Positions 1 through 8,685 of a stretch of 64,000 nt of DNA are shown here, piece by piece; the first letter of the stretch is position 1, and the number at the start of each line of letters is the position of its first letter. The stretch is from an uncultured Candidatus Binatia bacterium (GTDB taxonomy: Bacteria; Desulfobacterota; Binatia; UBA9968; JAJDTQ01). Made by a program: the position numbers and the translations under genes. The stretch lies in NCBI GenBank assembly GCA_964291295.2, contig OZ219754.1, positions 800,001 through 864,000 on the forward strand, in the 5' to 3' direction. The notes beneath the pieces are model-generated. The model saw only the letters and a list, made by a program, of their open reading frames with translations, was not told where the DNA came from and made no database searches.

Positions 1-256
1 ACTCCCGCACCGTCTGCCCGAACTCCTCGGGCAGCGCCTGCTCCAGTTCGCTGATGCGGATGCGGCTCTGGTAGCGGATCTCGCCGCGGTCCGGCTCGAG
101 CCGCCCGGCGATGAGTCGGAGCATGGAGGTCTTGCCCGCGCCATTGCGGCCGATCAGGCAGACCCGCTCTCCCGGTTCGATGGCGAACTCGGCATGCGCC
201 AGCAACCGCTGTTCGCCCAATTCGAGCGAGACGTCCTCAAAGCTGACGAGGGGCAT
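1..256 (-). CDS. ABC-F family ATP-binding protein (Uup-like), 5' part only; runs off the window
   Basis: Manual translation from ATG at 256: MPLVSFEDVSLELGEQRLL...CLIGRNGAGKTS (Walker A)...LEPDRGEI. Not in the ORF track. Confidence 0.8.
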   Translation of the reverse strand, partial: MPLVSFEDVSLELGEQRLLAHAEFAIEPGERVCLIGRNGAGKTSMLRLIAGRLEPDRGEIRYQSRIRISELEQALPEEFGQTVRE

Positions 257-308
257 GGTTCGGGGAGGGGCACCGGCGCCCGCTCAAGCCGGTGCCGCCG
301 CGGCGGCC

Positions 309-650
309 CTACTTGCGACCGCGAGTCGCCCGTGCCCCGGGGGGCCGGTAGGAAACTTTCTTCTTGACCGCCTGGTCCACCGTCTCGGGCGTGATCAGCA
401 CGGTGGCCTTGATATCGAGGGCGCCGGCGTTGGCGATGTGGAGCGAGACGGCGGTCGCCGCGGCATCGTCGGGAAGGTCGGCGATAACGTAAAGATCCGT
501 GTCGCCGAAAGCGTAGTAGAATCCCTCCACGCTGCCGCCCATGGACTTGATGGTGTCGGTCAACGCTGTCCGCCGCCGGCTGCCGCCCTCCTTGAGCAGG
601 CCCGCAAGCCCGCTTGCCGTGTACTTCGAGTGGAACATGTATTTGCTCAT
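309..650 (-). CDS. GYD domain protein
   Basis: MSKYMFHSKYTASGLAGLLKEGGSRRR...GFYYAFGDTDLYVIADLPD; GGAGG RBS upstream of ATG 650. Confidence 0.8.
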   Translation of the reverse strand: MSKYMFHSKYTASGLAGLLKEGGSRRRTALTDTIKSMGGSVEGFYYAFGDTDLYVIADLPDDAAATAVSLHIANAGALDIKATVLITPETVDQAVKKKVSYRPPGARATRGRK

Positions 651-931
651 GGCTGACCTCCAGGAATGATTCTCCGAATGATGGGTGATGTGCGGCGTTT
701 TTTCAAGCTGGCAACTACCGCCGGCGAAAACACCCGACCTTGATGCCCGCAATGCCGCGTCGCTGTGTCGCGTCGTTGCCGGATGCCATCGGACGCCCAT
801 GAGGGACATCGAGCCGGTGCCTGTCCTTGCCCACAGGGAGTTGCCGGACGCCGCCCGCGGTCGGACGCCCATGTGCGGGACAACCGGTTGCAGGGGCAGC
901 GCGGCCGCCCGGGCCGGGACCGGCCTTGCTG

Positions 932-1819
932 CTATCCGTGTTGCTGGCCGGCGACAAAGGCGCGCAGCACCTCGTTGAACTCCCGGGGATGCTCCCGATA
1001 CGAGAAATGGCCGGCCTCGTTGATGATGTGCATCTGGGTGCGGCGCTCGCTTCCGGCCATGAGCTCCATCAGGCGCATGCCCTGGTCCAGGGTGGCGGTG
1101 GGATCGTTGAAGCCCCACACCAGCAGCGTGGGCCGTTGCAAGCCGCGGTCGCGTATCCAGCCCAGGGTCTCCTCCTTCTGGCGCGCGTGTCGGGCCAGGA
1201 ACAGATTGGTCTTGAGCCCCTGGACTTCCATCTTCTCCACCGCCTCCCGATACTTGGGCAGTTGGGCGAGGGCGGTGCAGGCGTCGAGCCAGTCATCGGT
1301 GATGTGGTCGTGGCGGTAGGAATAGCGTTCGTACACCCAGCGCTGGCTTTCCCGGCCCAGGCGCGGACGTGGAGCGTTGGCAAACACGATATCGTTTCGC
1401 CCGACGCCGGGAGCCAGGGTGTTGGTGTCCACGGGGATGACGGATTTGACCAGGTCCGCCCGTTCCAGCGTCATGCGCGCCACCAGATAGGCGCCGCGGG
1501 AATGGCCTACGAGGTGAACGTTGCCGAGCTTCAGGGTCTCCAGGAAGGCCAGGGCGTGCCGCACCACCGCGGCCATGGTGTAATCCTCGTCGCGCCCGGG
1601 GTTGTCGGTCATGCCCTGCCCGAGCTTGTCCACCGCGAAGACGTGGAACCACTGCGCCAGCCCGGCGAAGTTGAGGCTCCAGTCGAGACTGCAGTCGGCC
1701 GCGTCGTTGGAGCCGAAGTTGCCGCCGTGGAACAGCACCAGAGGCTCGCCGCTGCCCTTCTCGAAGTAGCGGGTGCGAATTCCGTCGACGTCCACGAATT
1801 TCTCGTCCGCCTGGTTCAT
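932..1819 (-). CDS. alpha/beta fold hydrolase (meta-cleavage product hydrolase-like)
   Basis: HGG oxyanion motif, GHSRG nucleophile elbow, C-terminal AGHF; start reassigned to MNQADEK after a GGAGG RBS. Confidence 0.85.
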   Translation of the reverse strand: MNQADEKFVDVDGIRTRYFEKGSGEPLVLFHGGNFGSNDAADCSLDWSLNFAGLAQWFHVFAVDKLGQGMTDNPGRDEDYTMAAVVRHALAFLETLKLGNVHLVGHSRGAYLVARMTLERADLVKSVIPVDTNTLAPGVGRNDIVFANAPRPRLGRESQRWVYERYSYRHDHITDDWLDACTALAQLPKYREAVEKMEVQGLKTNLFLARHARQKEETLGWIRDRGLQRPTLLVWGFNDPTATLDQGMRLMELMAGSERRTQMHIINEAGHFSYREHPREFNEVLRAFVAGQQHG

Positions 1820-2060
1820 GCGATTCCTCCTCGGTTTCGGTCCCGGCACCGGCCGCCGTGGTCTTCGGCGCCTCCCGCGCGCCGCCGGTGTGGCCGCGGG
1901 AACCGATCCACTGTAGCGGATTGTGCCGCCGGGGGTAACACGCCGCACCGGGCCGCCGACAAGGCACGGGCAGCTTGGCAATCCACCGGCAATCGGATAA
2001 GGAGAGTGAGCCGAAAGACCGCGAGTGAGCCGGAATACGTACGATCCAGGGAGGCGAGCC

Positions 2061-2885
2061 ATGGCGAAACCGGACGGCGACGAGCATCCCATGATGGGAG
2101 AGGGGCGGGAGCGGCTGCGAGGCAGGGCAGCCGTCATCACCGGGGCCAACAGCGGCATCGGACGCGCCACCGCCCGTCTGTTCGCGCGCGAGGGGGCCAA
2201 CGTCCTGTGTTGCGACATCCAGGAGACCACGACGCCGCGGGTGGACGAGCTAATCGTCCAGGAGGGCGGCAAGGCCGCGTTCCTGAACGTGGACGTGACC
2301 TCCGACGGCGGTCCCGAGGAGATGGTGCAGGCCGCCATCGCCCGGTACGGCGGCGTGGACATCCTCTACAACAACGCGGGGGGCGGGATACGCAAGCAGG
2401 TTCATGAATTCACGGACGAGGAATGGAACTTCATCATGGACCTCAATCTGAACGCCATCCAGAGGAGCGTCCGCGCGGTGATCCCCCACATGTTGGCGAA
2501 GGGCAGCGGCAACATCGTCAGCACCGCATCCACCTTCGGGCTGCTGGCCTCGGCCAACTATCCGGCCTACTGCGCCACCAAGGCGGCGGTCATCAGCCTG
2601 ACCCGCCAGATGGCACTGGACTACGGCCCCAAGGGCATTCGCGTGAACTGCATCTGCCCCGGCGCCACCGAGACTCCGCGCTTCCGCGGCCACCCGCCGG
2701 TACCCTCGCTCCCGGCCGCCACCCCCGAGCAGCGCAAGCGCATGGCCGACAGCAACAAGGCCCTGCTGCGGATGGCGCGTCCGGAGGAGATGGCCTACGG
2801 CGTTCTCTTTCTGGCCTCCGACGAAGCCTCCTTCGTCACCGGCCATGCCCTGGTGGTGGACGGCGGCCAGACCATCGCGGTGTGA
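2061..2885 (+). CDS. SDR family oxidoreductase
   Basis: TGANSGIG, NNAG, YCATK (YxxxK), VDGG motifs. Confidence 0.9.
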   Translation: MAKPDGDEHPMMGEGRERLRGRAAVITGANSGIGRATARLFAREGANVLCCDIQETTTPRVDELIVQEGGKAAFLNVDVTSDGGPEEMVQAAIARYGGVDILYNNAGGGIRKQVHEFTDEEWNFIMDLNLNAIQRSVRAVIPHMLAKGSGNIVSTASTFGLLASANYPAYCATKAAVISLTRQMALDYGPKGIRVNCICPGATETPRFRGHPPVPSLPAATPEQRKRMADSNKALLRMARPEEMAYGVLFLASDEASFVTGHALVVDGGQTIAV

Positions 2886-2938
2886 GGCCGGCGCCGGCGG
2901 CCTGCCGGAGGTTCCCGAAACGAAGCCGGGGGACGGAC

Positions 2939-4018
2939 ATGGGAGAGATACTCGGCCTGGGCATCACGCACTACCCCGGACTCGGGTTCCAGGGGAACAT
3001 GACCAGGCGCATCAGGATGTGCCTGGAAGACCCCTGCCTGCCGGAACGGCTGCGCCACGTGGACGAATGGCCGGCGCCCATGCGCGAACAGTGGGGCACG
3101 GATGACGGCCTGAGCCATTCGGAAGCGCACCGGCAGGATCTGATCGACCGCTTCCGTATCGCCCGGCGCACGCTGGACGAGTTCCGGCCCGACCTCTGCC
3201 TGATCTGGGGCGACGACCAGTACGAGAACTACAAGGAAGACTGCGTGCCGGCCTTTTCCATCCTCGCCTACGAGTCGGTGGAGGCGCAACCGTGGCGGCA
3301 CAGCCGCCGGGGCGCCAACGTCTGGGACGAGGCGGAACACAAGACCTTCACCGTCAAGGGCCACCAGGAGGGCGGCAAGTATCTGGCGTCGAGCCTGCTG
3401 GATCACGGCTTCGACGCGGCCTACTCCTACAAGCCGCTCCACCGGGGACTGGGCCACGCTTTCGTGAACTCCGTCCTCTACCTCGACTGGGACCGCCAGG
3501 GCTTTCCGTATCCGGTGGTGCCGTTCACCGTGAACGCCTACGGCCGCAAGCTCGTGGGCAGCCAGGGCATCCCGCTGACCCCTTCGGCCGCCCGCGCCAT
3601 CAAGGACCGGCTCGACCCGCCCGGTCCCCAGCCCTGGCGCTGCTTCGACATCGGCGCCGCCACCGCCCGCGCCTTCGCGGAGAGTCCGTGGCGCGTTGCC
3701 CTCATCGCCTCCTCAAGCTGGTCCCACTCGTTCCTCACCGCCAAGCACTCCTTCATGTACCCGGACGTGGAATCCGACAAGCGCTACTTCGAGGCGCTGC
3801 GGGACGGCGACTGGGAGACCTGGCGGAAGACCAGCCTGACCGAGGCTGAAGACCGCGGGCACCACGAACTGCTCAACTGGTTCGCCCTGGCCGGGGCCAT
3901 GGCCGAGATCGGCCGCAAGCCCGACGACATCGTCTTCCTGGAATCGTGGATATCCAATTCCGACAAGGTGTTCGCGATCTTCCGCCCGCCGGAGAAGACC
4001 GTCCACCCGCCAGCCTGA
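2939..4018 (+). CDS. LigB-like extradiol ring-cleavage dioxygenase
   Basis: MGEILGLGITHYP, WGDDQYE, LGHAF, IASSSWSH motifs of the LigB/class III dioxygenase fold. Confidence 0.75.
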   Translation: MGEILGLGITHYPGLGFQGNMTRRIRMCLEDPCLPERLRHVDEWPAPMREQWGTDDGLSHSEAHRQDLIDRFRIARRTLDEFRPDLCLIWGDDQYENYKEDCVPAFSILAYESVEAQPWRHSRRGANVWDEAEHKTFTVKGHQEGGKYLASSLLDHGFDAAYSYKPLHRGLGHAFVNSVLYLDWDRQGFPYPVVPFTVNAYGRKLVGSQGIPLTPSAARAIKDRLDPPGPQPWRCFDIGAATARAFAESPWRVALIASSSWSHSFLTAKHSFMYPDVESDKRYFEALRDGDWETWRKTSLTEAEDRGHHELLNWFALAGAMAEIGRKPDDIVFLESWISNSDKVFAIFRPPEKTVHPPA

Positions 4019-4056
4019 CCGGCCGGCGCCACCACGCCGGGACGGCCTGCCGGCAG

Positions 4057-4137
4057 CGTTACCGGACAGGGATCGTTACCGGCTTGGGTCGTGACCGGAC
4101 GAGGTCGTGACCGGACGGGGTCGTGACCGGACCGAGG
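4057..4137. repeat. Tandem repeat, 5 x ~16 bp (CGT[T/G]ACCGGACnnGGT)
   Basis: Units start at 4057, 4074, 4090, 4106 and 4122. Confidence 0.8.
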
Positions 4138-4247
4138 CGCGGAGACCGGGGGCATCCCCTCCATGGCCAGACCCCGCCCTCCCGCCGGAATCCTGCCTGC
4201 TTCGAGCCACGGGCACACGTCTCCGACACGCCACCCCCAAGGTACGT

Positions 4248-4321
4248 ATCCTGTCCCCGGGATTCCTGTCCTTGGTAATCCTTTCCCGGACATCCTGTCC
4301 TTGGTAATCCTGCCCCCGGGA
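4248..4321. repeat. Tandem repeat, 5 x ~15 bp alternating ATCCTGTCCCCGGGA / ATCCTGTCCTTGGTA-like units
   Basis: Units start at 4248, 4263, 4278, 4292 and 4307. Confidence 0.75.
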
Positions 4322-4323
4322 CC

Positions 4324-5217
4324 TTATCCCTGCGACTGAAAGAGAAAGTAGACGCCGGCCACCACCAGCAGCGCGGCCAGACCATCCTTGAGAGTGACGG
4401 CCTCGTCCCCCTGCAGAAGCAGCCGCGCCAGCGAGAAGGTCACCAGCGGTTGCAGATTCCAGACCGGCGCCACGATGATCGCCGGGGCATGGGCCACCGC
4501 CAGGTAGGTGAAGATCGACCCCACCCCCTGGAAGAATCCGGACAGGAGCAGGACAAGGCAGCTGCCCCCGGTGAGCCGGATGCCTTCCCGCCAGTCGATG
4601 CGCAGGAACCGGCCGAAGGACATGACAAGGGCGAGCCCGGTGACGTGGGTGATCAGCGCCCCGGGGATGGGCGTTCCTCCGGCCAGGATCGCGATCTTCT
4701 TGAGTATCGGGCCGAAGCCGAAGCACACGATGGCCAGCAAGGGGTTGAGGAACGCCCGCAGGCTCGGGAGCCCCCGCAGGTCGCCCGCTTCGGGAGTGCG
4801 GCGGGTGATGATCAGAAGCCCGGCGACGATCAGCACCACGCCGACGAGGATCACCGGAGACGCCGTCTCCCCCAGCAGGACGATGGCATAGACGGCGGTG
4901 AGCAGCGGTGCCGAGTTGACGATGGACTGGGCCCGGGAGGCCCCCACCTCGTCGATGCCCTTGAGCGTGAAGGTGCGCCCCAGAAAGCTGCCCACCAAGC
5001 CGACGGCAACGAACACCGCCGCCGCGCTCCAGGGCATCACGGCTCGCACCCCGCCGAACGGGAGCCCCATGATCAGCGCCAGGGTCAAGACCGACCCCAC
5101 CTGCTGCTGCAACACCGCCGCGCTGACGTTGGAGTGCCTGAGGCCGCGCTTGACCAGCACCGGCGACGTCCCCCAGCACAGCGCCGCCGCCAACGCCCAG
5201 GCGATGCCGGTTTCCAT
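4324..5217 (-). CDS. DMT/EamA family transporter
   Basis: About 10 hydrophobic segments in two repeats; N-terminal ALAAALCWG, LLGE motif. Confidence 0.85.
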   Translation of the reverse strand: METGIAWALAAALCWGTSPVLVKRGLRHSNVSAAVLQQQVGSVLTLALIMGLPFGGVRAVMPWSAAAVFVAVGLVGSFLGRTFTLKGIDEVGASRAQSIVNSAPLLTAVYAIVLLGETASPVILVGVVLIVAGLLIITRRTPEAGDLRGLPSLRAFLNPLLAIVCFGFGPILKKIAILAGGTPIPGALITHVTGLALVMSFGRFLRIDWREGIRLTGGSCLVLLLSGFFQGVGSIFTYLAVAHAPAIIVAPVWNLQPLVTFSLARLLLQGDEAVTLKDGLAALLVVAGVYFLFQSQG

Positions 5218-5509
5218 GATTACGGGATAGATAGCACCGGCCGGGGCGGGCCGGAAGCAGCGTCGAGGTCAGGTCTGGACCGAGCGGCGCCAGACGCCGG
5301 CCACATGCTTGAATCGAGCGATGGGGACTTGCTACAAGAACTCCCGTGCACGCTCACAATCGAAATGGACGAAATGCATATAAAGCACGATGGTTCGGCC
5401 GATGACAGTCTGTCCCGCGAACTTGAGGTGAAATGAGCGGCGCACTCAAGGTCCAACCAGCATTGGAGCGGCAGGGCCGCAGGCCTCCGGCCACCCCGAC
5501 GAGGTTCGC

Positions 5510-8500
5510 ATGAGCATCCCTCCTGGCACATTTGTCCGTCTCAAGAGCGACCCCGATCGCGCCGGCGTTCTGGAGCAGGGCGAAAAACGGATAAGTGGCT
5601 CGCGGTTTGCCCCGGTAAGGTTCCCGAACGGGCAGATAGAGTGGTTGCCGCTCTCGGCACTGGAGCCCGTTCCCTCTGCATCCGAAAGCCCTTCCGACCT
5701 CTTTGCCGCAGGGCAGTTCGTTGGACCGAACTGGCTGCGCCGCAAGCTGACCCAACTGCGCGTCACCGGTAGGCTGAGCGATGTGGTCTACAGCATGGAG
5801 GCGACCGAAACAGACTTCTACGCCTACCAGTTCAAGCCGGTCATCAAGATGATGAATTCGCCCACCGATGCCCTGCTGATCGCGGACGAGGTCGGCCTCG
5901 GCAAGACGATCGAGGCCGGCCTCGTCTGGACAGAACTTCGCGCCCGGCTCGACTGCGACCGTTTGCTGGTGATCTGTCCCAAAACCCTGTGCCAGAAGTG
6001 GCAGGACGAACTCGACCGGCGGTTCGGCATCAAGGCGGAGATCGCAGGCCCCCAAGAGCTTCTTCGGGCTCTCAAGCGCAACGGCGAGGGCAAGAGGAAG
6101 GCCTATTCGTTGGTATGCAGCATGGGACTGCGCCCGCCGCGTCATTGGAACCACGACGAGTCGCAGACGGAAGGCGGGTACGGCTCCACTCGACGCGAGT
6201 TGGCGCGGTTCCTCGACGAGGCAAGCGATGGCGAGCCTTTGATCGATCTCCTGGTGGTCGACGAGGCGCACCACATGCGCAACCCCGAGACCTTGCTCAA
6301 CGATTTCGGGAAACTGGCCAACTCCGTCGCAAGCCATCGTCTGTTCCTGTCGGCCACCCCCATCCACCTTCAGAACCGCGACCTTCATTCGATTCTGACC
6401 ATGGTGGATCCGGATACTTTCGAGTTCGAGAATACCCTGCACGAACTGATCGAAACCAACGCGCCCATCATCGCCGCCCGGGATCGACTGCTGCAGGGGG
6501 CTTCGCCAGCCGAGGTGCTGGAGATGTTGGCCGAAGCGCAGGGGCACGAAATCCTGAGGGAGAGCAAAGCCTTGGCCCAGCTTCGTGAGGAACTCGCCAG
6601 GACGAACGGCGTGGACTTCGATCGCACGAAGCGGTCGGAGTTGGCCGCCCGCCTGGAACAAGTCAACCAACTCGCGAACTACGTCACTCGGACACGCGCG
6701 CGTGATGTGCAGACGGCCAAGGTCATCCGCGAACCCAAGGACCCCGTGCTGGAGATGAGCGACGCCGAGCGCTTCTTTTACGATGAGATATCCGCGGTGG
6801 TGCGGGACTATGCCTTGGACCGGGATGTGAACGCGCCCTTTCTGCTGGCTACACCGCAACGACTGCTGTCATCAAGCCCGGCCGCAGCCTCCGCCTACTG
6901 GGCCGGCATGCCAGGCGACGACGAAAACGAAGAACTCGACTACGACATGTCGGACCATTCGGATGAAGAACGCCCCCTGACCGCGCAGATCGCCGAAAAG
7001 ACACGCTCTCTTGACATGACGGGGCAACTCACCGAAGCGGACACCAAATACCGGCTACTGATCGCCGAACTGCGACAACACTGGCGCGCCGAGGCCGCCG
7101 CCAAGATCATCGTTTTCTCCAGCTTCAAGTCGACCTTGCACTACCTGCGGGATCGACTTCGCATGGATGGCATCAAGACCGAGCTCCTGCACGGCAGCGT
7201 GAAGGGGCCACGCGCGGAAATCCTCGCGCGGTTCAGGGAGAAACACGATATCCGCGTATTGCTCTCCTCCGAGGTCGGAAGCGAGGGTGTGGATCTGCAA
7301 TTCAGCTCCATCGTGGTGAACTACGACCTGCCATGGAATCCCATGCGCCTTGAGCAGCGTATCGGCCGAGTCGACAGATTGGGCCAGCAAAAGGACAAGG
7401 TGACCATCCTCAACCTGATCTACGGCGACACCATCGACAAGCGAATATACGAGCGCCTGTTCAAACGCCTCCAGACCGCACGGATCGCCTTGGGCGAACT
7501 GGAATCGGTTCTCGGTGAGCCGATTCGCCAGATGACGGCAAAGCTGCTGGATCCCAGGCTGACCGTTGAACAGAAGGATCAGGCCATTGCTCAGACAGCC
7601 CAGGCACTGGAGAACCAGGAACAGGAACAGAGTCGCCTGGAGTCCGAGGCTGGATCGCTCGTCCAGCACGGTGACTACATCATCGAACGCATCGCGGAGA
7701 GCCGGGATCGGCAACGTTGGCTCAGTGCCGAGGATATATTGATATACATGCGTGATAGCATATTGACAAATTTTCCGGGCAGTGTCATCGAGTCAAGCCC
7801 GACCGGTTCGGACACCTATCGGATCCAGCTCTCATCCAAAGGCACTCTTGAATTCAATCGATTTCTTCAGGATCGCCGTCTCAGAGGTACGACTCGAATC
7901 TCGAGCGGCGACATGCGACAGCGGTTCCGGTTCACGCCGTCGGTGGTGCAGAAGGACAGGAGTGTAGAGAGCATCTCGCATTTGCACCCGCTGGTACGGT
8001 TCGCCACCGAACTGGACCGCCGGGACGATACCGTCCGGGATGCAAGGGCCGTGGCGGCAAAGATTCAACTTAAGGACGTTGACGGGCTGAAGGACGAGTG
8101 TGCATCCGGGCTGTATGTGCTTGCTGCGCACCGCTGGATCATCGGCAGTGCCGGCCACAGGACGGCGAACGTTCGCATCGGATACACCGGTGCCTGCATC
8201 CTTACCGGCACCCTGATTGAAGCCGACCTCGCCGAGAGGATGATGGCGGCCGCAGCCGCGCATGGCTACCCTGTACCGAACGCGGGCAGTCACAGCGGTT
8301 TGGCCAAGGCAAGCACGACACTGAAGACCGTGGTTGAACCGGAACTCGACCGGCGCTTCGAGGAATTCATCCGTCAAACGCAGGACGCGACCGAGGACCG
8401 TTTCGCCATTCGATCCCAGGCTTTGACGCGACACTTCGAAAAGAAAATCGATAGTTTGGAGCAAACGAGAAGCGAGCTTAACGATGACGCGTCACGGGCG

Positions 8501-8680
8501 AAGAACGAGGGGAAAGCCCAAAGGGCGGCCCAATTAAGCAACCTGGCGATCGCTCGGGAGACCAGGATCGAGAAGTTGAAGATGACTTGGCGATCGAAGG
8601 AAGAAGAGATGAGCAACGCGCGTAAGACCGTGCCAGATAGATCGGACGTTGGCTGCCTCCTGCTTCAGGTGGAGGAATAG
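5510..8680 (+). CDS. SNF2/RapA-like superfamily 2 helicase/translocase, 1056 aa, with C-terminal coiled-coil
   Basis: YAYQ (Q motif), ADEVGLGKT (I), DEAH (II), SAT (III), SEGVDLQ (V), EQRIGRVDR (VI). Confidence 0.92.
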   Translation: MSIPPGTFVRLKSDPDRAGVLEQGEKRISGSRFAPVRFPNGQIEWLPLSALEPVPSASESPSDLFAAGQFVGPNWLRRKLTQLRVTGRLSDVVYSMEATETDFYAYQFKPVIKMMNSPTDALLIADEVGLGKTIEAGLVWTELRARLDCDRLLVICPKTLCQKWQDELDRRFGIKAEIAGPQELLRALKRNGEGKRKAYSLVCSMGLRPPRHWNHDESQTEGGYGSTRRELARFLDEASDGEPLIDLLVVDEAHHMRNPETLLNDFGKLANSVASHRLFLSATPIHLQNRDLHSILTMVDPDTFEFENTLHELIETNAPIIAARDRLLQGASPAEVLEMLAEAQGHEILRESKALAQLREELARTNGVDFDRTKRSELAARLEQVNQLANYVTRTRARDVQTAKVIREPKDPVLEMSDAERFFYDEISAVVRDYALDRDVNAPFLLATPQRLLSSSPAAASAYWAGMPGDDENEELDYDMSDHSDEERPLTAQIAEKTRSLDMTGQLTEADTKYRLLIAELRQHWRAEAAAKIIVFSSFKSTLHYLRDRLRMDGIKTELLHGSVKGPRAEILARFREKHDIRVLLSSEVGSEGVDLQFSSIVVNYDLPWNPMRLEQRIGRVDRLGQQKDKVTILNLIYGDTIDKRIYERLFKRLQTARIALGELESVLGEPIRQMTAKLLDPRLTVEQKDQAIAQTAQALENQEQEQSRLESEAGSLVQHGDYIIERIAESRDRQRWLSAEDILIYMRDSILTNFPGSVIESSPTGSDTYRIQLSSKGTLEFNRFLQDRRLRGTTRISSGDMRQRFRFTPSVVQKDRSVESISHLHPLVRFATELDRRDDTVRDARAVAAKIQLKDVDGLKDECASGLYVLAAHRWIIGSAGHRTANVRIGYTGACILTGTLIEADLAERMMAAAAAHGYPVPNAGSHSGLAKASTTLKTVVEPELDRRFEEFIRQTQDATEDRFAIRSQALTRHFEKKIDSLEQTRSELNDDASRAKNEGKAQRAAQLSNLAIARETRIEKLKMTWRSKEEEMSNARKTVPDRSDVGCLLLQVEE

Positions 8681-8685
8681 ACTCA

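Noticed and set aside
4057-4321. CRISPR array
   Set aside because: Repeats are directly adjacent with no unique spacers, are only 15-16 bp long, and no cas genes are present.
5510-8680. Calling the helicase DISARM drmD, zorD or rapA
   Set aside because: The partner genes that define those systems are absent and the C-terminus shows no recognisable nuclease; motif similarity supports only SNF2-family membership.
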